This document shows positions 29,706 through 39,942 of a DNA stretch of 64,000 bases, piece by piece. The notes under the pieces are model-generated. The model was not told the DNA's origin and made no database searches. It saw only the letters and a program-made list of their open reading frames with translations. The stretch's first letter is position 1. Each line of letters begins with the position of its first letter. Source of the DNA: Candidatus Hadarchaeota archaeon (GTDB lineage: Archaea > Hadarchaeota > Hadarchaeia > Hadarchaeales > JAGGTB01); contig CAYNPN010000005.1 in assembly GCA_964399085.1 (NCBI GenBank), forward strand, positions 5,328 to 69,327, read 5' to 3'. The position numbers were made by a program, and so were the translations under genes.

Positions 29706-31744
29706 CCGAACATCCCTCCAATTACGAGTAATGTATCTATGAGCTTGATGAAAATGAAGGGTGCTATTAAGCCCGTGCCACCGTAGATCAAAAGGTTCTT
29801 CCTAAGTAGCTTCGACGCGCTCTCGGCCTTGTATTCCACTCCTCGCATGGCCAAGGGGATCAAAAACGGAATTATCAGGGCATTATAGATTAGAGATGCA
29901 ATTATTGCACTTTGAGCGGAGTACAGACCCAGTATATTCATTTTTGAAAGCCCGGAAAGGGCCGTGCCTCCAGCACTAAGAATCGCCGGGACCAGAGCGA
30001 AATACCTCGAAACGTCGTTAGCTATGCTGAAGGTGGTCAGGGAGCCCCTGGTCATTAGAAGTTGCTTGCCTATGGCCACAACCTCTATCAACTTCGTAGG
30101 GTCGGAGTCAAGATCGACCATATTTCCGGCCTCCTTGGCGGCGTTGGTTCCGGCCTGCATCGCCAGCCCCACATCGGCCTTCGCGAGAGCAGGGGCATCA
30201 TTGGTACCATCTCCCGTCATTCCGACGAGTTTACCTTCCTCTTGAACCTTCTCGACGAGGTCTATTTTTTCCTCCGGTTTGAACTCGGCATAATATTCAT
30301 CTATGCCTGCCTTTTCGGCCACCGCTTTTGCAGTTCGCTCGTTATCGCCGGTGGCCATAATGGTCTTGACTCCCATCTTTTGAAGCTCTTCGATTCGATC
30401 CTGTATGCCGGGCTTTAACTCATCCTGAAGGTCGATCAGACCCACAACTTCTTTTCCCACCGACACTGCCAAGGGGGTACCACCCTTATCGGCGATTTCT
30501 CCCGCCTTCTCATCCAAATCACCGGGTACCGAATCGGAATATTCCTTTATCGCATCCACGGCTCCCTTTCTGACCTCAGTTCCATCGGAGAGGTCTATCC
30601 CGCTCATTTTAGTTTTCGCGGAAAACTCGATGAAATTATCCTCGGATAATTTATCCTCCTCGATGCTCACGTCCATGTCGTCAGCCAAGTTAATCACGGA
30701 CCTACCCTCCGGCGTCTCGTCGAAATAGGAGGCCTGAAGGGCCGCCGAGGCTATCTCGGACTCATCATGATCTCCCACGGGGACAAAGTTTTCGGCTGTC
30801 CTCTCGCCTGTGGTAATCGTCCCGGTTTTATCCAAGATTAGGGTATCCAAGTCTCCAGCCGACTCCACGGCCTTTCCTGTCTTGGCAATTACGTTATCTC
30901 TCGTGACGTTGGTCATGCCAGCTATACGAATGGTTGCCAGTAGTGCACCAATCGTGGTTGGCATAAGTCCCACGAGCAAGGCAATGAGATTTGCTATATC
31001 CACATCTAAACCGACGTAACTGCCGAAGAACCTCAGCGTAGTGACAGCCACAAGGTAAATGAAAGTAAAGCTCGCCAGCAGAAGCGTCATGGATATCTCG
31101 TTAGGTGTCTTCTGGCGAGAGGCCGACTCGACCAAGTTAATCATCTTGTCCAGGAAGGATTCTCCTGGCTCCGCAGTTACTTCGATCTTGAGTTGATCGC
31201 TCAGCACCTCCGTTCCCTCGGTAACCGAACTTCTATCTCCTCCACTTTCCCTGATAACCGGCTCCGATTCGCCGGTAATAGCCGATTCATCGACTGAAGC
31301 ACTCCCCTCCGTCACCGTCCCATCTCGAGGTATTAAATCTCCTTCCTCAACGTAGACTAAGTCTCCCTTTGATAACTCCTCGCCCCCGACTACCTCATAA
31401 TCACCCTCGGAAATCTCATCTAGTGATAAATCTTCAGAAAGTTTCTTGCCCTTGGTCTCGACCTGTAATTCCTTTAGGCTGTCTGCATGAGCCTCTCCCT
31501 CCAACTGAGCAAGAGACTCTGCATAATTGGCAAACAATACTGTGAATAATAGTAGACCCGTTATGATTCCATAATACCATTGAGCCTCAGTTCCCCGGAA
31601 AAAGGGAGGGTAAATGGTAAGAACAAGTGTCATAATCATTCCTATCTCGACTACGAACAATACCGGGTTTTTTATCAAGTAGCTGGGATCCAGTTTCCTG
31701 AGGGATTGCTTCACAGCTTCGATTTGTTTTTCCCAATCGACCAT
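29702..31744 (-). CDS. kdpB: K+-transporting ATPase subunit B (P-type)
   Basis: [18 protein letters not shown] and [21 protein letters not shown] are present. Confidence 0.95.
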   Translation of the reverse strand: MVDWEKQIEAVKQSLRKLDPSYLIKNPVLFVVEIGMIMTLVLTIYPPFFRGTEAQWYYGIITGLLLFTVLFANYAESLAQLEGEAHADSLKELQVETKGKKLSEDLSLDEISEGDYEVVGGEELSKGDLVYVEEGDLIPRDGTVTEGSASVDESAITGESEPVIRESGGDRSSVTEGTEVLSDQLKIEVTAEPGESFLDKMINLVESASRQKTPNEISMTLLLASFTFIYLVAVTTLRFFGSYVGLDVDIANLIALLVGLMPTTIGALLATIRIAGMTNVTRDNVIAKTGKAVESAGDLDTLILDKTGTITTGERTAENFVPVGDHDESEIASAALQASYFDETPEGRSVINLADDMDVSIEEDKLSEDNFIEFSAKTKMSGIDLSDGTEVRKGAVDAIKEYSDSVPGDLDEKAGEIADKGGTPLAVSVGKEVVGLIDLQDELKPGIQDRIEELQKMGVKTIMATGDNERTAKAVAEKAGIDEYYAEFKPEEKIDLVEKVQEEGKLVGMTGDGTNDAPALAKADVGLAMQAGTNAAKEAGNMVDLDSDPTKLIEVVAIGKQLLMTRGSLTTFSIANDVSRYFALVPAILSAGGTALSGLSKMNILGLYSAQSAIIASLIYNALIIPFLIPLAMRGVEYKAESASKLLRKNLLIYGGTGLIAPFIFIKLIDTLLVIGGMFG

Positions 31745-33484
31745 CTATAGACCCCCAGCAAGTAATTCTCCAAGCGGGCCAAGAGCGAGAGAGGGAAGGA
31801 AAATAAGCCCACCTATAATTATCATCACTCCAACGAAAAGCAACAAGAATGAAAGACTCTCTACCTTCAAGGTCCCCTCGGTTATGGGTCGTCTTTTCTT
31901 ACTCGCCAACGATCCAGCTATAGCGATCTGACCGGTAATTGGAAGGAAGCGCCCCAGAAGGATTTGTATCCCATTCGTCAGGTTGAAGAACATGTTATTA
32001 TCCGCAAGTCCCTCGAAACCACTTCCGTTATTGGCGGAGGCCGAGAACATCTCGTACAAAATTTCCCCAAAACCCCGGAGCCCCGGATTGGTAATCGACT
32101 CCTGTCCGGCACCCGTAAGAATCGCCAGGGATGTCGGTATGAGTACGAGAGTAGGTAAGAGAAGAATAATAAGAGCGGCTATCCTCACTTCCATCCATTC
32201 AATTCTCTTGCCCAGATACTGCGGCGCACGACCTATCATGAGACCGGCGATGAAAACTGCAAGAAACAGATAGGTCATCAGGTTGAGGAGACCCACACCC
32301 AGACCATTGTAGAGGCAGTTCATGCTCATGCCCAAAAAGAGCGGCAAACTGCCCTGGGCCGTGAAGCTGTTTTGCATGCTGTTTACGGCACCGTTCGTGG
32401 TTGAAGTCGTGGAAACGCCCCATAGAGCGCTCAAGACGGGGCCAAAACGGACTTCCTTCCCCTCCATGTTTCCAACAGGTTGTATGACGGCCGCATTTTC
32501 GGTGGCGACATTTACTCCAGGATTTGGTTGGGTCTCCCCAGTTACCCCAACCAGAAGCAATCCCATAAAGAGGATGAAGAAAGCACCTATCAAGACCCCG
32601 GCGTGTAATCTTTTCCCTATCCACACACCAAATGCGTAAATCACTGCGATGGGAGCAGCCAAGAGAACCAGATTAAGTACCAGATTAGAAAGCACCGTCG
32701 GATTTTCGAAGGGGTGAGCGGCATTGGCGGCAAAGTAACCCCCACCGTTGGTCCCGAGAATCTTTATCGACTCTATCCCGGCCACCGGCCCGATCCTGAT
32801 AGCCTGCTCTCCTCCCTCAAGCGTCTGCACTGTGGTTTTTCCCGCGAAGGTCTGGGGGACTCCTTGAGAGACTAGAAATATTCCCAAAATTAAAGCTATC
32901 GGTATCAGAAACCTAACGGAGCCTCGAATTAGGTTCACGTAGAAGTTCCCCAGGTCGTCGTTTTCCTCATTGAGGATACCTTTTGTAAATCCGACAGCGA
33001 GACTGAGGCCCGTGGCCGCGGACATGAACATTGCCAGGCCGACGCCAAAGAGCTGGCTGAAGTAAGAGAGACTCTCACCGGCATAATGTTGCTGATTCGT
33101 GTTGGTCACAAAAGTTGTAGCGGTATGAAATGCCTGATCCCAGCTTAAGCCATCAAGCTGCAGCGGATTCATTGGTAAAAAATTTTGAAATTTGAAGATT
33201 AAGATTAGGACTAAAAACAGGACTCCATTGAAGACGAGGATGGAAATAAGATATTTTTTCCAATCCATGCCCTCGTCGGGATCGACCCCAATCAACCTGA
33301 AAATGAAGTTTTCTATAGGTGAAAATATCCGATCGAGAAAACCAAGCTTATTTATCCATCCCGGAGATTCACCCTTACTACCGGCCTGATCGCGGAAGGT
33401 CCAAGCCAGATATTCCCCCAAGGTGTATATTAGAAAGGCGAGGAAAGCAAAGAAAACCATCAATCCAAGACTGATTTCGAGCAT
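31745..33484 (-). CDS. kdpA: K+-transporting ATPase subunit A
   Basis: It is a polytopic protein of 579 aa with TNGGG-type selectivity-filter-like segments (GTNGGGYF, NNGSGF). It lies directly upstream of kdpB. Confidence 0.95.
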   Translation of the reverse strand: MLEISLGLMVFFAFLAFLIYTLGEYLAWTFRDQAGSKGESPGWINKLGFLDRIFSPIENFIFRLIGVDPDEGMDWKKYLISILVFNGVLFLVLILIFKFQNFLPMNPLQLDGLSWDQAFHTATTFVTNTNQQHYAGESLSYFSQLFGVGLAMFMSAATGLSLAVGFTKGILNEENDDLGNFYVNLIRGSVRFLIPIALILGIFLVSQGVPQTFAGKTTVQTLEGGEQAIRIGPVAGIESIKILGTNGGGYFAANAAHPFENPTVLSNLVLNLVLLAAPIAVIYAFGVWIGKRLHAGVLIGAFFILFMGLLLVGVTGETQPNPGVNVATENAAVIQPVGNMEGKEVRFGPVLSALWGVSTTSTTNGAVNSMQNSFTAQGSLPLFLGMSMNCLYNGLGVGLLNLMTYLFLAVFIAGLMIGRAPQYLGKRIEWMEVRIAALIILLLPTLVLIPTSLAILTGAGQESITNPGLRGFGEILYEMFSASANNGSGFEGLADNNMFFNLTNGIQILLGRFLPITGQIAIAGSLASKKRRPITEGTLKVESLSFLLLFVGVMIIIGGLIFLPSLALGPLGELLAGGL

Positions 33485-33494
33485 TCAATATCAC

Positions 33495-33590
33495 TTAGAA
33501 CCTTTTTGGTTTAAACAAAACATACGTCAGATAGGCTATCAAAATCATGACCACTGCAATATATACAAAGTCTCCAATTTCCATCATCAT
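33495..33590 (-). CDS. kdpF: K+-transporting ATPase subunit F
   Basis: Hand translation gives MMMEIGDFVYIAVVMILIAYLTYVLFKPKRF, 31 aa. It is a single TM ending in a KdpF-like L(F/L)xP(K/E)RF. It lies 10 nt upstream of kdpA and is below the ORF-track cut-off. Confidence 0.7.
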   Translation of the reverse strand: MMMEIGDFVYIAVVMILIAYLTYVLFKPKRF

Positions 33591-33978
33591 AATGTTTCTA
33601 AAGCCAATAATTAAATAATTTTTTAAAATTTTGAAGACCGCCTAGACTCCTCAACCCCGGAATTAACGGCGACGGAGTCTTAAGTGATATACTATACTTT
33701 CTTGCATGGTGCCAATGACGAGGAAATTTGACCTGAACATTTCTGTAGATGATGGCCTCAAAAGGCCTCTGAGGCACCATTGAAAATTGAACCATTTCCC
33801 ATTAGACGGAATCCCCAAATAACGCCAATAGAACTTCTCATTTTCAATCAATCTCTCAACGCATCAAAATAGGTATCGAATTCGTAGTCTCTAATAGGTA
33901 TCCCCCCAGTCTCTACCGATAATTATCACTTAATCCAAGTAAAATTTGCAAGAAAAGAGGCGGGAGATATACAGGGGG

Positions 33979-34533
33979 TTATTCGACCATTAATATGGCA
34001 TAACGGTTCATCCTCTCATCGTAACTTTCTAGAATACGTATTGGGTAGTCATATTTTCTGACTGTTTTGAATATATCCACTCCCATCCCTTCGGGAGAAG
34101 GTCTAGCCTTCTCTTTCGCTTTGCATTCTACTCTGGACCTCTCACATGAATCGCAGAACTGACAGTCGCCTATCATCAGCATGAAGGCTTTCGGACAGTC
34201 CTTAAGAAAGACCTCTCTTTCAATCTCCCAAAGCCTTAGATTTACTTCCTCATACCATTCGCCCTTCTTCTCGGGATTATCGAGTTTCTTTTGAGCATGC
34301 AGGAGTGCGGCTTCCTGATATTCTTCGAAGAATTCCCTGCATTCATCGACTGAGGGAGTGAAAGGCGGACAAGTGCTTCTCTCACCGTAGTCGGGGCACC
34401 CATATTCGCACTTAATCCTGACCCACTGGGAAACTTCTATATCCTCGGGATCTATCCATTTGAAGTCGTCAAATCCATGGTCCCGGAAAATTTTGTTCAA
34501 ATCCTCTCTCTGCATGGAATCTCCACAATGCAA
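33979..34533 (-). CDS. DUF2284-like cysteine-rich metal-binding protein
   Basis: CEYGCPDYGERSTCPPFTPS and CQFCDSCERS are present. The start may be the internal MQRED at 34515. Confidence 0.55.
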   Translation of the reverse strand: MHCGDSMQREDLNKIFRDHGFDDFKWIDPEDIEVSQWVRIKCEYGCPDYGERSTCPPFTPSVDECREFFEEYQEAALLHAQKKLDNPEKKGEWYEEVNLRLWEIEREVFLKDCPKAFMLMIGDCQFCDSCERSRVECKAKEKARPSPEGMGVDIFKTVRKYDYPIRILESYDERMNRYAILMVE

Positions 34534-34592
34534 TAACCATTCAATCTATTTATGCTGTTGATTTGAGTTCCCTAATTAGGGTGAAAAATAAC

Positions 34593-35864
34593 CTACTCCT
34601 CTCCCCATTTCGTCATCCTTATTCCCACAAATACGAAGACCACCGCCAGGACAGCAAAGATAGCAAATGGCAACACCGCACCTTCGGGATTTCCATAGAT
34701 CATTATCTTTCTGAGCCCATCATGGAAGTAATATAGTGGCAACACCTTGGCGATAGCGTTCATAAAGTCCGGCATCATCTCCAGCGGAAAGAAGGCCCCG
34801 GACAGAAACATCATCGGAAAAGCAATCGCATTTCCCGCGGCGTTCGCCGCCTCTATATCCTTGATCATGCCCCCCAGCGTCAGGCCCATACCGCAGAATA
34901 CCACGGACCCGAGGAAGATTAGGCCTAGAGCATACGGACCTGGGATTGCCTGAACCCCAAAAACGACCCAACCCACGCCAATCATTACCAATGTCAACAT
35001 GAGGGCCAGGAGGGCCTGATGTAATAGATTCCCTATTATCCAGGATCTCTTGTCCAGAGGCGTCGCGGCGAGCCTCTTTATTATTCCGTTCCGCCTGAAT
35101 TCGGAGGTGTTCGTGGTTACTCCCATCAGTCCGTTCGCCATTATGAAAGCCGCTATGAATCCTGGAAGATAATAGTCCACGGCATTGAAACCCGATTCTC
35201 CTCCTCCCTTCACGGGAAGTTCGCCGCCAGTAAGGCCCACGACTTTCTCGGCGCCAATCATTCTAATATTGAAAGTATTGACCACGCTGGAAATTATTCC
35301 CCTGATGGCGGTGGCGGAAGTATCGGCCTCGCCCGAGAGGAACGTCAGAACCGCGTTCTCCGTGGATTCATTCTCCCTCCATCCCCTCAGGGCCTCCATG
35401 CCCTGGCCTATTTGGACCTGTTGGTTCTCCGAAATATCTCCCCCAAAGTTTTCCATGATATATTTCATAGTATCCAGGATAACTCCGGACCTGACGTAGA
35501 TATTCCTGCTCATAGCCTTCCGCTGGAAGTTATCGGGTATTATAAGTATCCTCAGCTCGGAAAAGGAAGGGTTCTGATCTATAAATTCCGCAATATTTTC
35601 TTCCGGAGGAATCGTGCTGATTTCGAAAGCCCCGGTCGACTCCAAAACGTCGATTAGATTATCGGATAACTGGGTCGGGTCTCCGTTTACATCCATATCC
35701 CGATTCTGTATATGGAGGGAGTAGGTCTGATTTCCACCCCCGCCGAAAATCGTGCCGAAAATGAGAAGGAGCATCAACGGAAACATGAAGGAGAAAAATA
35801 CTCCGCTCTTGCTCCTGAACCAGTTCTTGAGTAGAGCAGTAAAAACCGAAAGGCTTCCCTTCAT
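34593..35864 (-). CDS. ABC-2 type transporter permease
   Basis: It has an N-terminal TM, a large extracytoplasmic loop and a C-terminal cluster of five TMs. There is a 4-nt overlap with the upstream ATPase gene. Confidence 0.8.
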   Translation of the reverse strand: MKGSLSVFTALLKNWFRSKSGVFFSFMFPLMLLLIFGTIFGGGGNQTYSLHIQNRDMDVNGDPTQLSDNLIDVLESTGAFEISTIPPEENIAEFIDQNPSFSELRILIIPDNFQRKAMSRNIYVRSGVILDTMKYIMENFGGDISENQQVQIGQGMEALRGWRENESTENAVLTFLSGEADTSATAIRGIISSVVNTFNIRMIGAEKVVGLTGGELPVKGGGESGFNAVDYYLPGFIAAFIMANGLMGVTTNTSEFRRNGIIKRLAATPLDKRSWIIGNLLHQALLALMLTLVMIGVGWVVFGVQAIPGPYALGLIFLGSVVFCGMGLTLGGMIKDIEAANAAGNAIAFPMMFLSGAFFPLEMMPDFMNAIAKVLPLYYFHDGLRKIMIYGNPEGAVLPFAIFAVLAVVFVFVGIRMTKWGEE

Positions 35865-36790
35865 TCTACCAGCTCCCCCCTCTCGTCAATCCTCTTGCCT
35901 GCGACTTGTAGAAATACGTCCTCCATGGAGGGTCTAACTACCTCCACCTCGCTCTCCTCTGGTAGCTCCTCGTATAACGGAAGTAGGGCTCTGGCCACCT
36001 TCTTTCTTTCCTTAAAGATACCGACAAGTTTCCCTCCATCCTCAACAAAGACATCGTCGGCGTACTCTTCCATGATCGAGGCTGCTTGTTGCTCGTCGTC
36101 GGCGACGATTTTCATATCTCCGCCGTAACTCCTAACCAAATTTTCCACGTCGTCCGCAGAGAGGATCTTTCCGTTCAGAATTATGGCCGCCCTGTCGCTC
36201 AATTCCTCGACCTCCTCCATGTAATGGGTCGTCAAAAACACCGTAACTCCCCTTTCCTTGAGGTCTTTTATGGTGTCCCAAAGCTTTCTCCTAGCCTGCG
36301 GGTCCAGACCTGTAGTCGGCTCGTCGAGGAAGAGAAGTTCCGGATTGCTGATTAGGGCCATCGCTATACCCACTCGTCTCTTCATTCCTCCCGAAAGTTC
36401 CTCAAATTTCTGATCCCTTACCTCCCAAAGATCTAGGTTTTCCAAATTTTCTCTCATGTCGCTGTCCGAACCATATATATCGGCGACGAGACCAACGTTC
36501 TCCTCGACGGATAATCTCTCGAATGTATTGAATTCCTGGGGGAGAACTCCAATTTTCTCCTTGATTTTACTTTCATTTTCCACCACGTTTAGACCAAACA
36601 ATTTCGCCTGACCGGAAGTCGGTTTTCGAAGGCATTCCAATATCTCAACGGTGGTGGTCTTTCCGGCTCCATTCGGACCTACAAGAGAAAATATTTCTCC
36701 TTCAAACACATCGAAAGAGATATGATCCACCGCAACTAGCTCCCCGTACCGCTTTACTAAATCTCTAACTTCGATAATGCTCTCCGGCAA
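35861..36790 (-). CDS. ABC transporter ATP-binding protein (DrrA/CcmA-like)
   Basis: Walker A is GPNGAGKTT, the signature is LSGGMKRR, and Walker B is LLFLDEPTTGLD. The start appears to be TTG. Confidence 0.9.
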   Translation of the reverse strand: MPESIIEVRDLVKRYGELVAVDHISFDVFEGEIFSLVGPNGAGKTTTVEILECLRKPTSGQAKLFGLNVVENESKIKEKIGVLPQEFNTFERLSVEENVGLVADIYGSDSDMRENLENLDLWEVRDQKFEELSGGMKRRVGIAMALISNPELLFLDEPTTGLDPQARRKLWDTIKDLKERGVTVFLTTHYMEEVEELSDRAAIILNGKILSADDVENLVRSYGGDMKIVADDEQQAASIMEEYADDVFVEDGGKLVGIFKERKKVARALLPLYEELPEESEVEVVRPSMEDVFLQVAGKRIDERGELVE

Positions 36791-37018
36791 ATTTTATCAC
36801 CGTTTCCTCAGTAAATTCAAAGTCAAGCTTATTACATTTAGTTCCTATTTCTCTCCTCTTTCAAGTGTGAAGAAATTTGGGCTTTCGGCCCCAGAAAAAT
36901 AAAGTTAGAAGAACCGTAGGAAATAATTTATCCCTCTTCTTATCTTTTTAATCTCTATTGCTTTCATTATCGAAAAACGAAGTTTTGAATAGTTAGTTAA
37001 AAATTGATTCTGGAGCAA

Positions 37019-38050
37019 CTAACTCTTCTCCAAATAGACTTCGAACCTAGCTCCGCCCATCTCCGAGTCCTTGACTTCCACTGTTGCGTTGTTTTGTTCG
37101 GCAATTTTTCTAATCATATAATATCTGAATCCGCCAATGCCAGTAGTATCTCCAGTATAGACTCTTCCAGAAAATAGATTTTTGACCTTCTCGGGCAGTC
37201 TTTCGCCATTATCCTCGACGCTGACAAATATTTTTCCCCCTCTTTTATCAGCGCTGAGTTTGATTTCGTCACAATTGGAGGTTTGGATTCTAATTTTCAG
37301 AATTTGTGAGAAGAGATCATTTAATGAATGGTTGCCCCTTGCTTTTCCTATACTATCGGGATAGTTTTCTTCTATTCTAACCCCTCTTTCCTCGGCCAAA
37401 TCGGAAATACTATCGGTAATATTATTCAAAATTTTCAAAATATTCTTACTGGAAATCCACTCAGTCTCCTTTATTTCCCCGAGTTTCTTCGCCATCTCTA
37501 TAATCTCCTCTGCCTCCCTAGCTGATCTTAAGGCTTTTTCTAAATTTTCTTTGTCTTCTTCTGGAAGATTTATGTCCTCGACCAGCTGTAAATAACCCTC
37601 CATCTCTTGGCACTTGCTCCTCAAATCCTGTCTGAGTAAAGCGTTCAGGAATTCCTTTTCTTCCTTTGCTTCTTTTCGATTTGTAATATCTCGGCCGATT
37701 ATAATTAAACCCAAAGATTCGTCATCTTCTCTCACAATGGAGTGTTCCGCTTCGACGTATCGTTTCTCTCCATTTGCCGTCTCAACTTCATACGTTTCTG
37801 GAGATAAACTCTCCCCTTTTAAGACTCTCCCTACCCGTTCCAGAAACTTCTCCCTATCTTCTCCGGAATAGAAAGGCTGTTCTTTCAGAGGCATTCCAAT
37901 CAAATCTTCCTTACTACATTTTAAAGACTCACAAGCTTTCTGATTAACTTCTCTAATAGTTCCGTCACTATCGACAAAAGCTACCGCATCGGGGGCAGCC
38001 TCAAAAAGCGTTTTATACTTTTTCTCCAGATTTTCTTCAGATTTATTCAT
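37019..38050 (-). CDS. PAS-domain sensor histidine kinase
   Basis: An N-terminal PAS (FEAAPDAVAFVDSDGTI) is followed by a dimerisation region FLNALLRQDLRS and a HATPase end GTGIGG-like TTGIGGFRYYMIRKI. Confidence 0.8.
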   Translation of the reverse strand: MNKSEENLEKKYKTLFEAAPDAVAFVDSDGTIREVNQKACESLKCSKEDLIGMPLKEQPFYSGEDREKFLERVGRVLKGESLSPETYEVETANGEKRYVEAEHSIVREDDESLGLIIIGRDITNRKEAKEEKEFLNALLRQDLRSKCQEMEGYLQLVEDINLPEEDKENLEKALRSAREAEEIIEMAKKLGEIKETEWISSKNILKILNNITDSISDLAEERGVRIEENYPDSIGKARGNHSLNDLFSQILKIRIQTSNCDEIKLSADKRGGKIFVSVEDNGERLPEKVKNLFSGRVYTGDTTGIGGFRYYMIRKIAEQNNATVEVKDSEMGGARFEVYLEKS

Positions 38051-38390
38051 TTAGTTGGCTCCATCAGGAAATAAAGATTTAAATTAAAATTTATCGAAAC
38101 GGCTTTATATTATTTTAAGTTATTAAAAATAAGTATATTCTATTAAACTTTTCACTCTTTCTTAATAAATAACTGGAACATCGTATCTCACTTATTCACT
38201 TAAAGTTATCGAGCCAAACTTCTATTGGGAAACCAATTCGGCCTAATAAAGAACATTCCCGTGGACTATTATTATGAATCCTTAAACGAAAATATTTTAC
38301 GCAAAAATTTGAAAGAAATATAGGGGCTGGGTAGACCTGAGCTTTAGAAAGAGTATTAATGCCTTTTCTATATTTGTAAAATCGAATGCA

Positions 38391-39218
38391 ATGGGAAGTA
38401 GCGTCTATTCCATTTGCTCAGTTGCTGGTCTCTTGCTAATCTACTTGACTTCTAACGTGGAACTAATACAACTGCTATGGAATGGTTCGCTGGCTTCTCT
38501 TTCATGCTTCCTAATGGGAAACGCCATGTACAATCTAAATGACTACTTTGACAAAGACTACGACGAAGCTAATAACCGCGACAAACCCCTCTTGAAGAAA
38601 AACATTGAACCTAGATACCTAGTAAGAACGATCTTCATGCTAATAGCTGTTTCTCTCACCTTACTAGCACTTGTAAATATAGGGGCTTTAGCTGTAGGTG
38701 TGATTTGCCTAATTTTGGGCACGTTTTACTCCCTCCCTCCACTACGTTTAAAAAGAAGAGCATGGGGGAAGCCCCTGACCATATCTTCTATCATAATGAT
38801 CTCGACTCTCATAGGATTATTCGCTCTGGGTAAAAATCACCCCTTGATAATTTTCATGTCAATTAGCATCGGTGTTTTCGTTTCGACTATCTATCACACC
38901 CACGACATTAGAGACATGAAGGGAGACAAAAAGGAGGGATGTGGGACTCTCCCACTAATCGTTGGAAAGAAACCCACAATCATGCTAGGAGCAATTGGAT
39001 ATGGATTAATGATCATCCTGACCTTGACGGGTACTCTGCACTTTGGCCTAAATTACATTATCCCCGCCATCGCTGTCCTTGTCTCCATACTAAACCTCAA
39101 AAAACTCGCCGGAATCTGGCCACCCAATGGGAGCGATACCGCTTATGAAGAGGTTAGGACTAGAAATCGGATGGCCATAATCATATTTATCCTGATGTTT
39201 CCAATTGGAGCGTTGTAG
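38391..39218 (+). CDS. UbiA-family prenyltransferase
   Basis: It is polytopic, with the first Asp-rich motif NDYFDKDYDEANNRDKP and a second one, DIRDMKGDKKEG. Confidence 0.75.
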   Translation: MGSSVYSICSVAGLLLIYLTSNVELIQLLWNGSLASLSCFLMGNAMYNLNDYFDKDYDEANNRDKPLLKKNIEPRYLVRTIFMLIAVSLTLLALVNIGALAVGVICLILGTFYSLPPLRLKRRAWGKPLTISSIIMISTLIGLFALGKNHPLIIFMSISIGVFVSTIYHTHDIRDMKGDKKEGCGTLPLIVGKKPTIMLGAIGYGLMIILTLTGTLHFGLNYIIPAIAVLVSILNLKKLAGIWPPNGSDTAYEEVRTRNRMAIIIFILMFPIGAL

Positions 39219-39366
39219 CCGGCAAACTGAAGATAACTCTCTTCTTACTTAATGGAGAACTAGGTAGTGCCTTTCTAGTTGGAAAAGCGATAACTCAAAA
39301 AAATTGAAGGTGTGGGGTAGGAAATAACCGCTAAAATCTCTACTTCTCCCCTCGCAAGGGATCGAT

Positions 39367-39813
39367 CTACGGCGCATATGTACCGGTAAGCTTTGCTTCG
39401 GCCAGCACCTTGTCTTCCATTGCTTCCTCGACATCCTTCTTCGTGGAAGATTCTGGCATATCGAGCTCCTCATCCAAGGCAAAAAGCCTGAACCGATAAG
39501 CATGTTCCTTGTCTGGTGGATTGGGTCCACCGTATCCTGTTTCACCGTAATCAGTCTTTCCCTCGACGGCCCCGGATGGAACAGAGCCCTCGGGAATTTC
39601 GGTGGTGTCGGAATCTATGTTCCAAACTGTCCAGTGATCCCAGACTTTCCCTGCGGGTTCAACCGCATCAGGGTCGTCCATCAGAAGCACCAGAGATTCG
39701 GCCTCCTCAGGTACATCTTCGATTTTCAGAGGTGGGTTCACGTTTTCCTCGGTGTATCCATACTTCTCAGGAATCGCTTCTCCATCGGAGAAAGAAGGAC
39801 TCGACAATCTCAT
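39367..39813 (-). CDS. YbhB/YbcL-family PEBP (Raf kinase inhibitor-like) protein
   Basis: SPSFSDGEAIPEKYG, DDPDA...WDHW and HAYRFRLFALD are present. Confidence 0.85.
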   Translation of the reverse strand: MRLSSPSFSDGEAIPEKYGYTEENVNPPLKIEDVPEEAESLVLLMDDPDAVEPAGKVWDHWTVWNIDSDTTEIPEGSVPSGAVEGKTDYGETGYGGPNPPDKEHAYRFRLFALDEELDMPESSTKKDVEEAMEDKVLAEAKLTGTYAP

Positions 39814-39942
39814 TCATTTCACCCCCAGGCAAGTTTTATCCCAACTTTTATTTTTTCTTTGCCATTGGGCAGGCGGCTATAGGATTGTGTGATATAATCG
39901 GGACCTGTCTAGGGTCCATATGACTCATTACCTCTCCAGAAC

